Source: Nitrospinaceae bacterium (GTDB lineage: Bacteria > Nitrospinota_A > UBA7883 > JAJDBK01). From it: DNA of 64,000 bases. The notes beneath the pieces were generated by a model, which was given only the letters and a program-made list of their open reading frames with translations, was not told the origin of the DNA and ran no database searches. The translations under genes were made by a program, and so were the position numbers. The DNA is taken from NCBI GenBank assembly GCA_029261405.1, contig JAJDBK010000057.1, positions 1,906-65,905 of the forward strand. The letters run 5' to 3'. Shown in pieces: positions 59,422-64,000 of this stretch (within the stretch, counting starts at the first letter, position 1; each line of letters begins with the position of its first letter).

Positions 59422-59918
59422 ACGAACCTCCTGTCGTAGTTCTCCTCGGTATCGGCAATATCCTGCTGACGGACGAAGGCGCCGGGGTACACGCCATTAA
59501 CATGCTAATGGAGAAGTACACCTTCCCCGAAAACGTGGAGTTGTACGATGGCGGAGTCACCGGTATGGCGGGTCTGTTGCCAATTATAGAAGACGCGGAT
59601 CATCTGGTAATACTCGATGCCGCCAATGGTCCCGACGAACCGGGAACAGTACGACGATACAATCTGGATGATTTCAGGCTTACGGTACCGAAAAAACTGT
59701 CGAGCCACGATATCGGCCTGATCGATTGCCTGTCGGTCGCGGAAACCATCGGAAAAAGCCCCGAATCGGTCACAATCATCGGGATTCAACCAGAGAACAT
59801 CACTACCTACGCCATGACCCCCTCCCCTACCATCGCGAAAAATCTTGAGAAGATGGTCACGATGGTCATTGATGAGCTATGCGCCCTTGGCGTTACTCCG
59901 CTATCTGTAACCATCTGA
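59418..59918 (+). CDS. Hydrogenase maturation endopeptidase (HyaD/HybD)
   Basis: GIGNILLTDEG.GVH, DGG, ILDA, SSHD, GIQP. Confidence 0.95.
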   Translation: MNEPPVVVLLGIGNILLTDEGAGVHAINMLMEKYTFPENVELYDGGVTGMAGLLPIIEDADHLVILDAANGPDEPGTVRRYNLDDFRLTVPKKLSSHDIGLIDCLSVAETIGKSPESVTIIGIQPENITTYAMTPSPTIAKNLEKMVTMVIDELCALGVTPLSVTI

Positions 59919-60012
59919 TAGCGGAAACCGATAACGATTTTTCGACCAGACCCTCCCCTTTTTTCCGCTTACGGACCCCATATTATATGTAGGTAAATAG
60001 AAGGAGATTGTC

Positions 60013-60153
60013 ATGCAAAGACTCTCAAACAACATGGATATGCTTAACAGCGTAGAGTTCGTTCCGTTGGCTATTGGATTCCTCTGGGTGTCCCTCTGCA
60101 TCACGGGGTTGTTCTTCTCGGTAGGGTGGATCGTCTACCTGTTGGTCATCTGA
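60013..60153 (+). CDS. Small single-TM protein (46 aa)
   Basis: AAGGAG RBS at 60001; MQRLSNNMDMLNSVEFVPLAIGFLWVSLCITGLFFSVGWIVYLLVI*. Confidence 0.6.
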   Translation: MQRLSNNMDMLNSVEFVPLAIGFLWVSLCITGLFFSVGWIVYLLVI

Positions 60154-60462
60154 CCACTGTATGAGACTGAGCGGGGTGTGCTGACCCTGTTTCGGTCAGT
60201 ATGGGGGGAGGTTTGCGCTCCTGATCGAAAATAAAACCACATATCAAATCATAATTATCTTTACAACCGTAATTGTGGTATCATTTTCCCTGTGCTCGAT
60301 TTTGGCTGAAACTGACGCTAGACTACCCGCCTCAGGTTTTCCTCCCAAGATTAGCTTAACAAGCCAAAGCCCTTTTGGGGAAAGGCTAAACAGGACGCGT
60401 CCCTTTCGCAAGAAAGTTCGCGCCGAAAACTTTTTTTTTATTTTTGAGGACAACAGTCGACT

Positions 60463-60729
60463 ATGAATATCTTTGTGGGTAATCTCCCCTTTACAGTTTC
60501 AGAAGAAGATTTACGTGCGGTTTTTGAAGAATATGGTGCAGTAGAATCCGCCAAGTTAATTACAGATCGTGAAACTGGGCGATCCCGTGGTTTCGGCTTT
60601 GTAGAGATGGAAAACTCCAACGCTGATACAGCCATCAAGGCTCTCAACGAAACCGATCTTAAAGGACGCAACATAAAAGTCAATCAGGCTGAGCCTCGCA
60701 AACCGAGAGCGCCAAGACGTTCCTGGTAA
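60463..60729 (+). CDS. RRM (RNP-1) RNA-binding protein
   Basis: MNIFVGNL, DRETGRSRGFGFVEM. Confidence 0.96.
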   Translation: MNIFVGNLPFTVSEEDLRAVFEEYGAVESAKLITDRETGRSRGFGFVEMENSNADTAIKALNETDLKGRNIKVNQAEPRKPRAPRRSW

Positions 60730-60737
60730 ATTAATTA

Positions 60738-60773
60738 CGCCGATCCGGTGGCGACGCTGGATCGCGTTTTTTT
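60738..60773 (+). terminator. Rho-independent terminator
   Basis: acgccgatccggtg...cgctggatcgcgttttttt. Confidence 0.7.
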
Positions 60774-61081
60774 CTATTCAAGTGAATATCTGACGCAAAG
60801 CGGGTTCCGGCCCGCTGGTCCGACAGAGACTCGATTCGATAGCGAAGAAGAGCGGTTATCAGACAGGTTTATCGCTGATTTGAGGTGAATATTATTGTTC
60901 ACTGATGATGAGCGGTAAGCAGTGTGGATGCCGCTCTTTTTAGCTTAATCGTTATCAAGATGGCGGACCATATCGAAATAATTCCCCGACAACAGGTGGT
61001 TACCGACACTATCCGTATTGGACCGATCATAGTTTCTCTAATATAATTCTGATTTAGAGACATTCTTAAAGGAAATAAACG

Positions 61082-62383
61082 ATGAAGGCAAAGACCTTCG
61101 GCATTCTGGTAGGTGGTGGACCGGCGCCCGGAATAAACAGTGTAATCAGGGCGGCCACGATAAAGCTCAAAAACCATGGCGCCAGGGTTATCGGCATCTA
61201 CGATGGTTTCTCTCACCTTATCAAGGGGGATACCTCCCATGTGAAGGAGCTTTTCATCAATGACGTAACGGTAATCCACTTCGAGGGTGGATCAATCCTG
61301 CGCACAAGCCGAGCCAACCCTACACGCAAAGCGGAAGATATCGAATCGGTTGTGACCAGCCTGCGGAAGATCGGGATCGACTGCCTGATCACCATTGGTG
61401 GTGACGATACCTGTTTCTCCGCCCACAAAATCTCCCAGGCCGCCGATGGCAAAATACGGGTGATTCATGTACCGAAAACTATCGACAACGACTTGAACCT
61501 GCCCCACGGAATCAGGACGTTCGGATTCGCCAGCGCCCGGCATTACGGTGTCCAGATAGTCAAAAGCATCATGAACGACGCCAAATGCACCCAGCGCTGG
61601 TATTTTCTGGTGGCTATGGGAAGAAAAGCGGGGCACCTTGCGCTCGGCATAGGAAAGGCCGCCGGCGCCACCTTGACCATTATTCCGGAAGAGTGCAAAT
61701 CCGAAACCCTTGATTTCTCATGGCTGGTCGATACCCTGATTGGCGCAATAGTAAAAAGAGAAGCCTCCGGTCGCAGTCAGGGGGTCGCTATTCTGGCGGA
61801 AGGATTGGCGGAAAAACTGACGGTTGCCGAGCTTGAGAAGATGGGCCACATGGAGTATGACGACCATGGACATCCCAGACTTGCGGAGATCGACTTCGGC
61901 AAGATGGTAAAACTCGCCGTCAGAGCCGAACTCGAAAAACTTGGAATGTCGAACACAATAGTCGATAAGAACGTCGGTTACGAACTCCGATGCGTGGAAC
62001 CTGTTCCATTCGATATGGAATATACGAAAGAACTCGGATTCGCGGCGGCGAAACACGCCCTCCTTGGAGGGTCAGGTGACATGGTGACCATTCAGACCGG
62101 GCGATTCGTACCGATGCCATTTTACAGCATCATGGACCCGGCTACCGGTAAAACCGAAGTTCGACTGGTGGATATCAATACCGAAACATACGAGATGGCG
62201 CTCGAATATATGATCCGTCTTAAGAAAGATGACTTCACGAACCAGGCTTATGTGGAGAAACTTGCCAGCGTAACGAATCTGTCACCAGACGAATTCAGGG
62301 AGCGGTTCGAGCGGGTAGCGGTAAGTTTTGAGGGACCCGGCACATATATGCCCTACTACCAGCCGACTTTCGATACCCAGTAA
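61082..62383 (+). CDS. pfp: Pyrophosphate-dependent phosphofructokinase
   Basis: GGGPAPG, GGDD (PPi-type), PKTIDND, MGR, GYELRC. Confidence 0.92.
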   Translation: MKAKTFGILVGGGPAPGINSVIRAATIKLKNHGARVIGIYDGFSHLIKGDTSHVKELFINDVTVIHFEGGSILRTSRANPTRKAEDIESVVTSLRKIGIDCLITIGGDDTCFSAHKISQAADGKIRVIHVPKTIDNDLNLPHGIRTFGFASARHYGVQIVKSIMNDAKCTQRWYFLVAMGRKAGHLALGIGKAAGATLTIIPEECKSETLDFSWLVDTLIGAIVKREASGRSQGVAILAEGLAEKLTVAELEKMGHMEYDDHGHPRLAEIDFGKMVKLAVRAELEKLGMSNTIVDKNVGYELRCVEPVPFDMEYTKELGFAAAKHALLGGSGDMVTIQTGRFVPMPFYSIMDPATGKTEVRLVDINTETYEMALEYMIRLKKDDFTNQAYVEKLASVTNLSPDEFRERFERVAVSFEGPGTYMPYYQPTFDTQ

Positions 62384-62452
62384 GATCAACTTTCCCTTAT
62401 TTGCGCCGATAAGTCGAATAAGGATAGTTAACACCATTAGGTCTAGGACGAT

Positions 62453-62641
62453 ATGCCCGCAGTAAATATTACTGATTTCAGTGGAAAACACCCGGCGGTT
62501 CCAATGAAACCGAAAGGCGCCGCTGGCATGAAGGAAGTAAAAACCGAATCGGGCGACCCTCAGAGAGCCGCATTGGCCCAAACCGTAAGGGATGCGGTAC
62601 CAAGCATCCCCTACGGAGGAAAAGTCTCAATTCTCGCCTAG
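62453..62641 (+). CDS. Small hypothetical protein
   Basis: 62-aa ORF with AGGA upstream; C-terminal GGKVSILA. Confidence 0.5.
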   Translation: MPAVNITDFSGKHPAVPMKPKGAAGMKEVKTESGDPQRAALAQTVRDAVPSIPYGGKVSILA

Positions 62642-62748
62642 TGCGTGGCGCACGGCCTGTTACGCTAGTGCGTGGCGCACGGCCTGTTACGCTAGTGCGT
62701 GGCGCACAGCCTGTTACGCTAGTGCGTGGCGCACAGCCTGTTACGCTA
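62641..62748 (+). repeat. 27-bp tandem repeat x4 with internal palindrome
   Basis: gtgcgtggcgcac[g/a]gcctgttacgcta x4, with no spacers. Confidence 0.95.
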
Positions 62749-63032
62749 CCGCGCCGTTTGAAAGCCTTATTCAATTCGCACTGGTAGCGGGGGCTTCGCC
62801 CCCTTCCATCGGGTTTATAACGGCTGGTAAAGAAGGTGCGTGGTACCCTCTGGGGCACAGGCGTTGACGAGACATTCTGGAATTCCTTTGCCAGGGTTCC
62901 GGTAATGGCGCCGCTGTATCGCTGTGGTCGCACCACCTTAAGAATTATCCTGATTAATGTCGTGGAGGGTATATAATTCCGGTGTCTTGATCGTAAGGCA
63001 GTTTGCGCAACTAATCAGACCAATTTCTTTTT

Positions 63033-64000
63033 ATGGCTCAAGAAAAAAACGACACCGCTCCTTCCGTGGACCCTCTGGAGCCATTCAGGGGAGAGGAATT
63101 CAGGCTACTGATAAGCGACCGTACCATGCTCCAGCAGGTCGATGTCATGTTCAGCAAACTTCTCGGTTTTACAGCTGTCAAAACCTTACCGCCTGGGACA
63201 TCCAGAAACGACTCCATCGAAAAACTGGCAAAAGTATTGCTCACCACAGAGGTTCATGCGCTCGTGGACCCGACAGGTCTGCTGAAAGCTGGCGAGAACA
63301 AAAGCAAAAACGAGGCGTGGCGCGATTTTCTGGTCAGCGTCAAGGCGCGAATCGGCCAGACAAAGAGCGACGAAGAGAAGGTTTTCTCCTGTTTGTCGAG
63401 AATAGTTCCGGTCCTGGTGGAGGCCAGCAACTATCAGATAAGGGAGAAGTATGTCCGGACCTTCGCCCATTTCAGGATTCCGGGCGCTTTCATATTTCCA
63501 CACGCGGAGAGTAACAAGCTAAACGAGCAGATCAAGGAACGTCTGCCGATCCTGCGGGAGTTTCTCGAAGAACTGCTCACCGGCAAGGATACCGCCCTCG
63601 AAAAGATAAAAAACCGGGAGCGAGACGAAAAGTTAAGCGAGCGGAAAGCCAAAGCGGACAAGCTGATGGCGGAGGGCGTAAAGTTAAAGAATTCGGGTAA
63701 CTTTGAAGAGGCCATTATCCGTTTCAACAAGGCGATCGAGCTTTTCCCGGAGAATCCTGACGCATTTATGGAGAGTGGTCGCGGTTACAACAAGATCCGT
63801 AAATATACCAAAGCGATCCAACGGTTCACCGAAGCTGAAGAGGTGGCAAGAGACCTGCCAGCGCCAAACCAGGAGATCGCCGGCGCAAGGGTTTTGCAGA
63901 TTAAAGAGATGATCGATAACGGCTCCGATCCTGAAAGTCCGGAGGTGAGCAAGCTTGTGGGCGAAGTGATCAGCAACTTTAATGCGGCCTTGAAAAAAGC
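63033..64000 (+). CDS. TPR-containing protein (3' end runs off window)
   Basis: Manual translation MAQEKNDTAP...GNFEEAIIRFNKAIELFPENPDAFMESG...; open to the window end. Confidence 0.8.
   Translation, partial: MAQEKNDTAPSVDPLEPFRGEEFRLLISDRTMLQQVDVMFSKLLGFTAVKTLPPGTSRNDSIEKLAKVLLTTEVHALVDPTGLLKAGENKSKNEAWRDFLVSVKARIGQTKSDEEKVFSCLSRIVPVLVEASNYQIREKYVRTFAHFRIPGAFIFPHAESNKLNEQIKERLPILREFLEELLTGKDTALEKIKNRERDEKLSERKAKADKLMAEGVKLKNSGNFEEAIIRFNKAIELFPENPDAFMESGRGYNKIRKYTKAIQRFTEAEEVARDLPAPNQEIAGARVLQIKEMIDNGSDPESPEVSKLVGEVISNFNAALKK

Noticed and set aside
62641-62748. CRISPR array
   Set aside because: Units are head-to-tail with no unique spacers, and there are no cas genes.
62478-62936. ORFs with repeated peptides (APRTSVTG / SAWRTACY)
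   Set aside because: Translation artefacts of the 27-bp (9-codon) DNA tandem repeat.
62957-63514. 185-aa plus-strand ORF
   Set aside because: Out-of-frame overlap with the TPR gene that starts at 63033.

Overview
Bacterial chromosomal window, mostly balanced to slightly GC-rich by eye. The gene mix suggests a motile chemolithotroph of a poorly studied lineage; Nitrospinota- or Deltaproteobacteria-like is an inference only. Housekeeping genes: mltG, ruvX, bioH-bioC-fused bioDA, ahbAB, rsmD, rpsO-pnp, purD, ispG, tilS, a peptide ABC transporter, cysC, PPi-dependent pfk and tRNA-Val. Energy metabolism: tusA-dsrE2 sulfur relay, soeABC-type molybdoenzyme, full hypABFCDE, and a group 1 [NiFe] uptake hydrogenase with two cytochrome b genes and an Asp in place of one proximal-cluster Cys. 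Most notable accessory features: (i) a low-GC two-gene insert encoding an ABC-type ATPase plus a PIN-like protein, a candidate defence system; (ii) a divergent heme-copper-oxidase-like subunit clustered with two monoheme cytochromes c, a roughly 10-heme cytochrome c and a cytochrome b-like protein; (iii) a secreted tandem PilJ/NarX-domain protein coupled to an MCP; (iv) dispersed mini-hairpin REP-like repeats, a 116-bp MITE carrying them, and an IS110 remnant that keeps its non-coding left end next to a repeat unit; (v) two small ORFs missed by the ORF track, one a His-rich lipoprotein. All calls come from reading motifs by eye; no database search was run.
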